A stretch of DNA of 47,425 nt, taken from the NCBI GenBank assembly GCA_964552405.1, contig CAZKID010000002.1:1-47425 (forward strand). The letters run 5' to 3'. The notes beneath the pieces are model-generated. The model saw only the letters and a program-made list of their open reading frames with translations. It did no database searches and was not told the origin of the DNA. Source of the DNA: an uncultured Thermoanaerobaculia bacterium. GTDB lineage: Bacteria; Acidobacteriota; Thermoanaerobaculia; Gp7-AA8. Each line of letters opens with the position of its first letter. The stretch's first letter is position 1. The translations under genes were made by a program, and so were the position numbers. Shown piece after piece: positions 9,349-17,928 of the stretch.

Positions 9349-11117
9349 TTCTTGATCGCGTCCAGGATTTGTTTCATCGACTGCTTGATCATGGCGCCGC
9401 GCGCGGGATCGCGCAGCAGCGACCAGAGAAACGATTTCGCCTGTTCCGCGGTGATGTGTGGCGGCAGCGGCGGAACTTCCGGATCGGTGATGAACTCCAG
9501 CACGGTCGGGCGGCTCTCGTTCAAGGCATGATTCCACGCATCCGCAATGCGCTCCGGATGATCGACTCGAATGCCGCGCAGCCCGAGCATCTCCGCGTAC
9601 TTCGCGTACCCGAACTCCGGCAACTCCGGCGACGGCGCAAACTTCGGATCGCCGGCCATCACACGCTGCTCCCACGTCACCATGTTGAGATCGTCGTTGT
9701 GCAGAATCGCGACGATCAACCGCGGATCACTCCACTCCCTCCAATACTTCTTGATCGTGATCAGCTCGTTGATGCCGTTCATCTGCATCGCGCCGTCACC
9801 GACGCACGCGATCGCGACGCGATCGGGAAAGGCGAACTTCGCCGCGATCACGTAGGGCACGCCCGGCCCCATCGTCGCGAGATTGCCCGACAGCGATCCA
9901 AGCATCCCCCGGCGGAACTTGAGATCGCGCGCATACCAGCTCGCGACGGAGCCCGAATCCGCCGACAAGATGCAGTTGTCCGGCAGCCTCGGCGACAACT
10001 CCCAGAACACACGCTGCGGATTGATCGGCTTCGCCTCGTCCATCGCGCGCGCTTCGAGCAGCTTCCACCACTCCGTGATCTCGTGCTCGAGTTTCTCGCG
10101 CCACGAGCGATCAACCTTTCGCTGCAGCAGCGGGATCAGCGCACGCAGCGTTTCCCTGCTATCGCCAACGAGATTCACTTCCATCGGAAATCGCAGCGAC
10201 AACATGCGGCCGTCGATATCGATCTGGACGCCGCGCGCCTTCCCTTCCTTGGGCAGGAATTCCGAATAGGGAAAGTTCGAACCGATCATCAACAAAGCGT
10301 CACACTCCTGCATCATCACGTCGCTCGGCTTCGTGCCGAGCAGCCCGATCGAGCCGGTGACGAACGGCAAATCGTCCGGCACCGCAGACTTTCCGAGGAG
10401 TGCCTTCGCGATGCAGGTGCCGAGGATGTCGGAGACCTCGATGATCTCGTCGGTGGCGCGCAGTGCGCCCGCGCCAACGAGAATCGCCGGCTTCGCACAA
10501 CCGTTCAGCAGGTCCGCAGCGCGCCACAGATCCTCATCGCGAGGAATCACGCGCGGTGAGGTCCATCCCGTCCCCGAGTGGATCGTCGAATGCGCATGCG
10601 GCGGTTGCGCCATCTCCTCGTCCTGCAAGTCGTGCGGAAAAACGATGCACGTCACCGTCCGTTCCGCGAGCGCAACGCGGATCGCGCGATCGACGAGATG
10701 ACGCACCTGCGCCGGTGCCATCGCGGTGTTCACGAATTCTGAGGCGACATCCTTGAACAGGGACGGCAGATCGACTTCCTGTTGATACGCGCCTCCGATT
10801 GCGAGACGCGATGACTGCCCGACGATTGCGACGACCGGCTGATGATCGAGCTTCGCGTCATACAACCCGTTCAACAGATGAATCGCGCCGGGACCCGACG
10901 TCGCGAGACAGACACCCACTTCGCCCGTGTATTTCGCGTGCGCGCACGCCATGAACGCCGCCATCTCTTCATGCCGGACCTGGATGAAGTCGAGCCCTTC
11001 GATCTTCTCGAAGGCACCCATGATTCCGTTGATCCCGTCGCCCGGGTATCCGTAGATGCGGCGGACGCCCCACTCTTTCAACCGTTCGAGAAGAAACTCA
11101 CTTGTGGTTTGCGCCAT
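9345..11117 (-). CDS. poxB: thiamine-diphosphate enzyme, pyruvate oxidase / pyruvate dehydrogenase (quinone) PoxB-like
   Basis: Start at 'MAQTTSEFLLERLKEWGVRRIYGYPGDGING' (ATG 11115-11117). TPP-binding 'GDGAMQMN...NN' motif. The C-terminal 'PPHITAEQAKSF' resembles the PoxB tail. Confidence 0.8.
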   Translation of the reverse strand: MAQTTSEFLLERLKEWGVRRIYGYPGDGINGIMGAFEKIEGLDFIQVRHEEMAAFMACAHAKYTGEVGVCLATSGPGAIHLLNGLYDAKLDHQPVVAIVGQSSRLAIGGAYQQEVDLPSLFKDVASEFVNTAMAPAQVRHLVDRAIRVALAERTVTCIVFPHDLQDEEMAQPPHAHSTIHSGTGWTSPRVIPRDEDLWRAADLLNGCAKPAILVGAGALRATDEIIEVSDILGTCIAKALLGKSAVPDDLPFVTGSIGLLGTKPSDVMMQECDALLMIGSNFPYSEFLPKEGKARGVQIDIDGRMLSLRFPMEVNLVGDSRETLRALIPLLQRKVDRSWREKLEHEITEWWKLLEARAMDEAKPINPQRVFWELSPRLPDNCILSADSGSVASWYARDLKFRRGMLGSLSGNLATMGPGVPYVIAAKFAFPDRVAIACVGDGAMQMNGINELITIKKYWREWSDPRLIVAILHNDDLNMVTWEQRVMAGDPKFAPSPELPEFGYAKYAEMLGLRGIRVDHPERIADAWNHALNESRPTVLEFITDPEVPPLPPHITAEQAKSFLWSLLRDPARGAMIKQSMKQILDAIKK

Positions 11118-11170
11118 GGCGGGCAAGGGAAAGTGCAACTGGCATTCCGGGGGGCACATAATCCTCCGGC

Positions 11171-12532
11171 ATGCGCCCCAACCTTCTTGCGCGATTCGGA
11201 ATGCGCAGCGCTGATTTCTGCGAGCGCTGGTTTCCTGATGCGTTCGTCTTCGCACTGGCTGCCATCGTCTTCGTTTTCATCGGCGGACTCTCGATCGGTG
11301 TCGCACCTTCCACGCTCGCAACCGAGTTCGGCAATGGCTTCTGGTCGCTCGTCAACTTCACGATGCAGATGGCCGTCGTCATCATCGGCGGCTTCGTCGT
11401 GGCATCGTCGCCACCGATCGCGCGGCTCACACGCTCACTCGCGTCGATTCCGAAGTCGCCTCGCGGTGCGGTGGCGTTCGTCGCCGCGTTCGCGATGCTT
11501 TCCTCGCTGATCTCGTGGGGACTCTCGCTGATCTTCACCGGTCTGCTCGTGCGCGAAGTCGTTCGCCGCATCGAACGTGTCGACTACCGCGCCATCGGCG
11601 CTGCTGCCTATCTCGGCCTCGGCAGCGTCTGGGCGCTGGGTCTCTCCTCATCAGCCGCGCTGCTGCAGGCCACGAAGTCTTCGATTCCGCCCGCGCTTCT
11701 TCCGATCACCGGCGTGATACCTCTGACGCAGACTCTCTTCACCTGGCAGAACGGCGTGATGGCGGGAGTGCTCATCACGATCTCCGTTGCCGTCGCGTGG
11801 TTCTCCGCGCCGGACGCTTCGGAAGCGCGCACTGCAAGCGAAATGGGGGTCGTCTTCGAACCGATGGAGCTCGTGAGCGAAGAGCGGGCAGCAACTCCCA
11901 GCGAGCGCTTCGAGCAGAGTCCGATTCTCAGCGTCGTGATCGCCGCGTTGATGATCTGGTATCTCGTGACGACGTTCCGCGCGAAAGGCGGATTGGCCGC
12001 CTTCGATCTCAACAACTTCAACTTCGCGTTCATCGCCGCGGGCCTGCTGCTGCACTGGCGTCCGCGCTCGTTTCTTCGCGCGGTCGCGAAGTCCGTTCCG
12101 GCAACGGCGGGCGTGCTGATTCAGTTCCCGTTCTACGGCGGCATCTTCGGGATGATCTCGAAGACACCGATCGCCGAACGGCTCGCAGCGTTGTTCGTCG
12201 CAGTCACGACGAAGTCGACGTTTCCTCTCGTCGTCGCCGTCTACTCCGCAATCCTCGGCATGTTCGTTCCGTCAGGCGGCGGCAAGTGGGTGGTGGAGGC
12301 GCCGTACGCACTGGCCGCTGCAAAAAACCTCGGCGAGGACCTCGGTTGGACCGTGCAGATCTACAACGCGGCCGGGGCGCTGCCGAATCTGATCAATCCG
12401 TTCTGGATGCTGCCGCTGATGGGCATCCTGAACGTCCGCGCGCGCGACCTCGCGGGATACTCCGTGCTCCAGCTGATGTTCCACGCACCCGCCGTGCTTC
12501 TGCTCTGCTGGCTATTCGCTCAGACGTTTTAA
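11171..12532 (+). CDS. atoE: short-chain fatty acid transporter, AtoE family
   Basis: 453 aa. It is collinear with E. coli AtoE as I remember it ('FCERWFPDAFVFAL', 'GFWSLVNFTMQMAVVIIGG', 'VLIQFPFYGGI', 'VPSGGGKWVVEAPY'). Confidence 0.8.
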   Translation: MRPNLLARFGMRSADFCERWFPDAFVFALAAIVFVFIGGLSIGVAPSTLATEFGNGFWSLVNFTMQMAVVIIGGFVVASSPPIARLTRSLASIPKSPRGAVAFVAAFAMLSSLISWGLSLIFTGLLVREVVRRIERVDYRAIGAAAYLGLGSVWALGLSSSAALLQATKSSIPPALLPITGVIPLTQTLFTWQNGVMAGVLITISVAVAWFSAPDASEARTASEMGVVFEPMELVSEERAATPSERFEQSPILSVVIAALMIWYLVTTFRAKGGLAAFDLNNFNFAFIAAGLLLHWRPRSFLRAVAKSVPATAGVLIQFPFYGGIFGMISKTPIAERLAALFVAVTTKSTFPLVVAVYSAILGMFVPSGGGKWVVEAPYALAAAKNLGEDLGWTVQIYNAAGALPNLINPFWMLPLMGILNVRARDLAGYSVLQLMFHAPAVLLLCWLFAQTF

Positions 12533-13720
12533 CCGCTCGATGATCTGTGTGCGCATCGCGGGATCCTTCTCTTTTTCCGCGATGGCTTTCAGCTGCGTCG
12601 AAGCGCCTGTCACGCAGAGGGCGTCGAGCACCGCCTGACGCACTACGGCATCCGTGTCGGCGTCGTAGAACGACGCGATGGTCGCCGCATTGCCCCCTGC
12701 AAATGCGACGTTCCGAATCGCGGTTGCGCGCAGCATCGGGTTTTTCTCCGTCTTCGCGATCTCCATCAGCTTGTCGATGTTGCCGCCGATGAACAGACCT
12801 TCGATGATGCGTTTGCGGATGACAGTCGCGGTCTCTTTCGCGTAGAGGCTCGCCAACTCGGCGCGCGCACCGAGGGCTCCCAGGTTAATGACGGCCTCGC
12901 CGCGGAGGTCGACGTTTGGTTCTGTCTTCGCGAGCGCCAGCAACTGTTCACGATCACCAGTCGTCAGGAACGCCTTCATCACCGCGTGACGAACGACGAC
13001 GTCTTTCGTCGACGAGTAGACATCGGTGAGCGCCTTCTTCGATTCCTCTCCGCCTACGAACGAGAGATAGCGGACTGCGCGGCGCTGCAGCTCAGGACTA
13101 TTGGAGTCCTTCGCGGTCTTCACGACGATCGAGATCGCGCGCGGATCGCCCGACTGACTGAAGACGAAGAGGACCTTGTCCTTGACCTTCGTTCCATCTT
13201 TGCTGCGGAGAATCTCGTCGCCGATCCTCACGGCATTCTCCGGATCGTCTTCCATCATCCCGCTGAGTGCGATGATCTGCGTCGAAGGATCGTTCACGAC
13301 CGTGTAGGAAAATCCGTGGCCCGTTGCCTGCCGGATCTCGACTTCGAGCACCGCCGCATCTTCCTTCCACTTGCTCTTCGGATACCGCTGCTTCAGCTCC
13401 TCGATCGACGCGAGCGCATCGGCGCCCAAACCTCGCCTGTTGTACGAATAGGCGAGCCAGTAGAGCGCAGCATCCGCGTGCTCGAGACCTGCGTCGGCGA
13501 CGCGGCGATAGAGCGACGTTGCTGTCTGCCAGTCGTGCTCATCGAGGGCATCGTTCGCACGCGAATACAGCGACTCTTCGCGCGCCACTTTTCTCTCGTG
13601 CACGCGCTCCGATGCGATTTCGATCTCGGGCTCGGTCCATGACACCACGTTGCCGAACAGCGGCAACGTGATCAGAAGTACGGCAGCACTGCGGAACGGG
13701 ATCATGATGGGTTTCCTCAT
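12512..13720 (-). CDS. secreted HEAT/TPR-repeat protein, third gene of the ECF sigma operon
   Basis: Signal-like N-terminus 'MRKPIMIPFRSAAVLLITLPLFG'. Repeated 'D..VR.A....L' HEAT-like units. Its ATG (13718-13720) overlaps the anti-sigma stop as ATGA. Confidence 0.7.
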   Translation of the reverse strand: MRKPIMIPFRSAAVLLITLPLFGNVVSWTEPEIEIASERVHERKVAREESLYSRANDALDEHDWQTATSLYRRVADAGLEHADAALYWLAYSYNRRGLGADALASIEELKQRYPKSKWKEDAAVLEVEIRQATGHGFSYTVVNDPSTQIIALSGMMEDDPENAVRIGDEILRSKDGTKVKDKVLFVFSQSGDPRAISIVVKTAKDSNSPELQRRAVRYLSFVGGEESKKALTDVYSSTKDVVVRHAVMKAFLTTGDREQLLALAKTEPNVDLRGEAVINLGALGARAELASLYAKETATVIRKRIIEGLFIGGNIDKLMEIAKTEKNPMLRATAIRNVAFAGGNAATIASFYDADTDAVVRQAVLDALCVTGASTQLKAIAEKEKDPAMRTQIIERLKRLSE

Positions 13721-14457
13721 AGAGAATGCATTCGATTCGAGGCGAGAAGGTTCTGGCTCGGCCGCTCGCTTCGGGAATTCAGCACGCGCAGTTTGAACAG
13801 CAGGTTGCGTGCGTCGATGCGCTTCTGCAGATCCGCGAGCTCTTCGGGCGAGAGCTTGTCATCTGCATGCGAGAGCTCGACGAGCACCGGCTCGATGTCG
13901 GAAAGCACGTTCGCGATGCGCGCATCACCGCGCCGCATCGCCGTCTGACGATAGAGGCGATTCGCCGTGACCAGGTCCTCGGCGCGCGACTGCTCGCCGC
14001 TGACATCGAGATCCTTCGCGGGATCGGCATTCGCGACTTCCGTCAGGACGCGCTCGGCCGCATCGAGATGATCGCCGACGACATTGACGAGAACATTGGC
14101 TTCAGGATTGGGCTGCTTCGGAATCGCTGCAACAGCCGGCCGCTGGGGGTCGCTGGCAGGCTGTCGATGTCTCCAGATCTCGCCACCCACGAGGACGATT
14201 GCAAGCGCGGCGGCGACCGCAAGCAGCCACCGACGCGTCTTCCGCTCGCGGCGGTCGAGGCGCCAACGCAGCCGGTTCCAAACCTCATCGGCGTACGCGG
14301 GACCTCGCTGCGGCACTTCCGCCGCATCGACGAGCGCGAGCACCTGCTGCAGCGTCGCGTAGCGCGCACCACATTCACTGCACGCGGCGAGATGCTCGGC
14401 CGCATCCGCATCGCGATAGTGATGCGCAATCAGTTGTTCATCGTTCAGGTGTTGCAT
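13717..14457 (-). CDS. anti-sigma factor (zf-HC2-like N-terminus, single TM)
   Basis: 'HLAACSECGARYATL' is a putative zinc-finger motif, and there is a TM segment 'WLLAVAAALAIVLVGG'. It lies directly downstream of, and overlaps, the ECF sigma gene. Confidence 0.75.
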   Translation of the reverse strand: MQHLNDEQLIAHHYRDADAAEHLAACSECGARYATLQQVLALVDAAEVPQRGPAYADEVWNRLRWRLDRRERKTRRWLLAVAAALAIVLVGGEIWRHRQPASDPQRPAVAAIPKQPNPEANVLVNVVGDHLDAAERVLTEVANADPAKDLDVSGEQSRAEDLVTANRLYRQTAMRRGDARIANVLSDIEPVLVELSHADDKLSPEELADLQKRIDARNLLFKLRVLNSRSERPSQNLLASNRMHSL

Positions 14458-15014
14458 TGGTTCGGCCTCACGAGTGGCTCCAGGGAATCGCGCAGCTTTC
14501 GCACGGCGCGAAAAATCGTATGTTTCGCAGCGTTGACCTGGATCCCGAGTGTCTTGCCGATCTCTTCGACCGGCATTCCTTCGAAATGACGAAGAACGAA
14601 CGCGGTGCGCTCGTTGTCACTGAGCAATTTCATGGCAGCCGCGACCTGCCGCTGCACTTCGGCACTCAACACGACACGATCCGGCTCGGGCGCGCCGGAT
14701 GCCGCGTCCAGCAACTCATCGCTCGTCGTGTACTGCTTGTCGTGACGCTGGCGTGCGCGCAACAAGTCGAGCGAGCAGTTCACCGCGATGCGATGCAGCC
14801 ACGTCGAGAAGTTCGCACGCTCTTCAAAGCCGTCGATCTGACGATACGCGCGAAGAAACGTCTCCTGCACCACATCGTCGGCATCATGTTCGTTTCCAGT
14901 CATACGCCAGGCGACACGGAAGATGGAGCGGCTATGACGCTCGACGAGCAGCCGGAAGGCATCCGCGTCGCCGTCACGGGCACGGCTGACGGCTGCGACG
15001 TCGGTCATCTCCAT
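14445..15014 (-). CDS. ECF-type RNA polymerase sigma-70 factor
   Basis: 189 aa. Region 2 'DADDVVQETFLRAYRQIDGF' and region 4 'ERTAFVLRHFEGMPVEEIGKTLGIQVNAAKHTIFRAVRKLR'. Confidence 0.9.
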   Translation of the reverse strand: MEMTDVAAVSRARDGDADAFRLLVERHSRSIFRVAWRMTGNEHDADDVVQETFLRAYRQIDGFEERANFSTWLHRIAVNCSLDLLRARQRHDKQYTTSDELLDAASGAPEPDRVVLSAEVQRQVAAAMKLLSDNERTAFVLRHFEGMPVEEIGKTLGIQVNAAKHTIFRAVRKLRDSLEPLVRPNQCNT

Positions 15015-15061
15015 GTCGCTACCTTAGACTCTCGAGCCAGCTGGTGGTTAGCCCGATTAGA

Positions 15062-15147
15062 CAGCAGGCAGCAGGCAGCAGACAGCAGAGGGAACCGGCA
15101 GGCTCAACGGTTTACACATCCTGCTACCTGCTGCCTGCTGTCTGCTG
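15062..15147. repeat. about 27-bp imperfect inverted repeat built from tandem 7-nt units (GCAGGCA-type / CCTGCTG-type) around a 32-nt spacer
   Basis: Left arm 15062-15088 'cagcaggcagcaggcagcagacagcag' pairs with right arm 15121-15147 'ctgctacctgctgcctgctgtctgctg', with one 2-nt mismatch and one G-T. The spacer holds a smaller AACCG/CGGTT hairpin (15093-15112). Confidence 0.7.
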
Positions 15148-15175
15148 CCTGAAGGGTTACACTGTTCATCGCACC

Positions 15176-15200
15176 GAAACCTAACCTTCGCTGCTTCGTA
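15176..15200 (+). promoter_or_regulatory. candidate ECF-type promoter GAAAC-N16-CGTA upstream of the DUF4097-like gene
   Basis: GAAAC at 15176-15180, a 16-nt spacer, then CGTA at 15197-15200, 24 nt before ATG 15224. This matches the general ECF -35 'GAAC' / -10 'CGT' architecture. Confidence 0.4.
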
Positions 15201-15223
15201 ACGTCATTAGACGGGACACGACA

Positions 15224-16066
15224 ATGAAACGTGGTGCGATCGCAATCCTCTTCGCGATCGCGTCCGTGAGTGCGCTCTCTGCGCCTCCGGTCGCGACATC
15301 GACTACGAGCGCCTCCACCACGAGCGCGGCACCTGCACCCGGGCCGCCACCAACGCGATCCCTCATCGTCACCTCGCAGGACTTCTCCAGCCTTCTCGCC
15401 GACGACTGCGATCACTTCCACACGCGCAACACGACCTCGTTCCCCGCCGCCTCGCGCTCGCAGGAACAGCAGGACATCGCACTGCAAGGCATCGATGTGC
15501 TGAAGATTCACAGCAGCGAGCAAGGTGGGATCCTCGTTCGCGGCTGGGACAAGCCGACTGCGCGGCTCACGGTCTGCAAAGAAGCTGTTGGCTTCACGCA
15601 GCAGCAGGCGCAACGGACGCTGGGTGCAATCAACATCTCGTCGCGCAACGGCGACGTCAGCGCCACAGGTCCAACGAACGATGAGACGCAAGCCTGGTGG
15701 GTCCACATGATCCTTCGCGTTCCTCGCAACGCGGGACTCGAAGTGACCTCGGCCAACGGCGGCATCGCGATCCGCAACATGAACGGCAGGATCACCGCGC
15801 GCGCGAAAAACGGCGGTATCTCCATCGAGAAGACCTCAGGGCAGATCGACGCGTCGACGGTGAACGGTCCGATCTCTCTCAAGCTGGGGCAGGACCAGAG
15901 CTCGTCGGTCGAAGCGCGAATTGCCGATGCGGGCGAGATCTTCTGCCGTATCTGCCGCGCGGAAAACTACAGCGCGAATCACAAGCTCGTCCGGATTGGC
16001 AACGCCGCTCCTTCCATCAAACTGACGACGACGAGCGCTCCCATCGTGATCGATCAAGTACGATGA
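15224..16066 (+). CDS. secreted DUF4097-like (putative adhesin / beta-helix) protein
   Basis: Signal peptide 'MKRGAIAILFAIASVSALSA'. Repeated 'SANGGIAIRN / AKNGGISIEK / TVNGPISLKL' strands typical of DUF4097-type beta-helices. Confidence 0.6.
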   Translation: MKRGAIAILFAIASVSALSAPPVATSTTSASTTSAAPAPGPPPTRSLIVTSQDFSSLLADDCDHFHTRNTTSFPAASRSQEQQDIALQGIDVLKIHSSEQGGILVRGWDKPTARLTVCKEAVGFTQQQAQRTLGAINISSRNGDVSATGPTNDETQAWWVHMILRVPRNAGLEVTSANGGIAIRNMNGRITARAKNGGISIEKTSGQIDASTVNGPISLKLGQDQSSSVEARIADAGEIFCRICRAENYSANHKLVRIGNAAPSIKLTTTSAPIVIDQVR

Positions 16067-16077
16067 TGCGCTGACGC

Positions 16078-17019
16078 ATGCATCGGCTGATCGAGCTCAT
16101 TCTTCATTACGGCGTTCCTCTCGTCTGTCTGAACGTCTTTCTCGAACAGATCGGCGCGCCGATTCCGGCGGTTCCTACGCTGATCATCGCGGGAGCACTC
16201 GCGCGCAATGGGCAGTTGTCGTCGTCGCACGTGCTCACCGGCGCGCTCCTCTCATCGGTCGTCGCCGACTGGATCTGGTTCCTCCTCGGCCGCCGCTACG
16301 GCTACCGTATTCTTCGCACGCTGTGCCGTATCTCGCTCTCGCCGGATACCTGCGTGCGAGAGACCGAGGCGAACTTCGAAAAGTGGGGGATGCGGTCGCT
16401 GCTCTTCGCGAAGTTCGTTCCCGGATTCTCGACGGTCGCGCCTCCTCTCGCGGGTGCAACCAAGGCGAGCACGCTCGAGTTTCTCGTGTTCGATGCAATC
16501 GGCGCCTTCCTGTGGGCCGGTTCAGCCGTGGTCGCGGGCCGCGCATTTCATCATCAGATCGGCACCCTGCTGCAGCGTCTGGAAGATCTTGGCTGGTGGT
16601 CGGTGACGATCGTCGTGTCGATCGTCGCGCTGTTCATCCTCATCAAGTGGTATCAGCGGCTTCACTTCTACCAGCAGCTCCGCGTCGCGCGCATCAGCGT
16701 GAATGAAGTGAAAGACATGATTGATCGCGGAGAGTCGCCGGTCGTCATGGACGTGCGTACACGCGCGTCGAGGAAGCAGGATCTGCGGCGCATTCCGACG
16801 GCGATCGTCGCGGCGACACCGGAAGAAGTCGCGCAACAATTGGAGAGCATTCCGGTCGGGACGCCGATCATCTTGTACTGCACGTGACCAAACGAGGCCT
16901 CAGCCGCCCGTGTGGCGCGCATGCTGATGGATCGGGGATACAAGAAAGTACGGCCTCTCGCGGGAGGATTCGACGCGTGGGTCGATGCCGGTTTTCCAGT
17001 CGAGGACTTGAGTGAATGA
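16078..17019 (+). CDS. DedA/VTT membrane domain fused to a C-terminal rhodanese domain, interrupted by an in-frame TGA at 16885-16887 (candidate selenocysteine codon, or else a nonsense mutation/pseudogene)
   Basis: Track ORF 16078..16887 ends '...GTPIILYCT*'. The same frame continues 'PNEASAARVARMLMDRGYKKVRPLAGGFDAWVDAGFPVEDLSE*' to TGA 17017-17019, completing the rhodanese fold. That stop overlaps the next gene's ATG as ATGA. Confidence 0.6.
16901..16926 (+). other. candidate SECIS-like hairpin 13 nt downstream of the in-frame TGA
   Basis: Lower stem CAGC (16901-04) / GCUG (16923-26). Upper stem CGCC (16905-08) / GGCG (16914-17). Apical loop CGUGU. 3' internal loop CGCAU. Folded by eye only. 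Confidence 0.3.
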
Positions 17020-17831
17020 CGGAGTCGACCTACATCCACGGAACCGCGCCCGAGGAACAGCGCCGGCTCTCGCTGCTGAATGATGTGCTGCTGAATCCCG
17101 CATCGTTGCGCGAGATCGCACTTCACGGCGACGAGCGCGTCATCGACTTCGGCTCCGGCCTCGGACAGTTCTCGCGGACGATGGCCCGCGCGCTGCCGCA
17201 AGGACGTGTCGTCGGTGTCGAACGCAGCGACGAGCAGCTCGCACTCGCACGAAGACTTGCGGCAGAGGAAGGCGAGGCCGATCTAGTGGACTTTCGCCAG
17301 GGCGATGTGCTCGACGCGGACCTCGAGTGGGGAACGTACGACGTAGCACACGCGCGCTTCGTGCTCGAACATGTTCCGGATCCTCTGCGCGTAGTGAAGA
17401 GCATGGTGCGCGCAGTTCGTCCCGGAGGCCGCATCATCCTCGCGGACGATGATCACGATGTCCTTCGGCTCTGGCCCGAACCGCCGGGCATCGCGGAATT
17501 GTGGCGAGCCTACATGCGCAGCTATGACCGCATCGGCAACGATCCGTTCATCGGACGGCGGCTCGTGCAATTGCTGCACGACGCGGGGGCGCAGCCAGTG
17601 CGCTGCACCGTGATCTTCTTCGGCGGCTGTGCGGGGATGGAGATCTTTCCGACGCTCGCGGCGAACATGATTGGTGTGGTCCGTAGCGCGCGCGACACGA
17701 TTCTCTCGATGGGACTCTTCGATGAGAAGGCCTTCGACGCCGTGCTCCGCGAGTACGAAGCGTGGTCGAAACGACCGGACGCGGCCATCTGGTTCACGAT
17801 GCCCTGGGCGGAAGGGAGAGCGGGCTCGTGA
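17016..17831 (+). CDS. class I SAM-dependent methyltransferase
   Basis: 271 aa with motif I 'VIDFGSGLGQF' and post-I/II 'DVAHARFVLEHVPDP...PGGRIIL'. It is not EgtD-like (no Methyltransf_33-type N-terminus). Confidence 0.85.
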   Translation: MTESTYIHGTAPEEQRRLSLLNDVLLNPASLREIALHGDERVIDFGSGLGQFSRTMARALPQGRVVGVERSDEQLALARRLAAEEGEADLVDFRQGDVLDADLEWGTYDVAHARFVLEHVPDPLRVVKSMVRAVRPGGRIILADDDHDVLRLWPEPPGIAELWRAYMRSYDRIGNDPFIGRRLVQLLHDAGAQPVRCTVIFFGGCAGMEIFPTLAANMIGVVRSARDTILSMGLFDEKAFDAVLREYEAWSKRPDAAIWFTMPWAEGRAGS

Positions 17832-17928
17832 GGTGGAGGACAGGCGCCCCCGCCTGTCCACCGAGCCGACAGGCGAGGGCGCCCGTCGCCCCACGGAGTG
17901 AGCACAAAAGCTGCAGTCCGACTCATCC

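Noticed and set aside
15024-15050. Minus-strand TAACC-N17-GTCTAA as an autoregulatory ECF promoter for the sigma gene.
   Set aside because: The -35 is poor and the -10 is only about 9 nt from the ATG. It is mentioned inside a finding but not called as a feature.
17832-17890. Two GC-rich hairpins after the methyltransferase stop: a 12-bp stem with a 3-nt bulge at 17832-17862, and a second at 17872-17890.
   Set aside because: Neither has a downstream T-tract, so they are not canonical intrinsic terminators. They may be a weak attenuator, but stems like these arise easily in GC-rich spacers.
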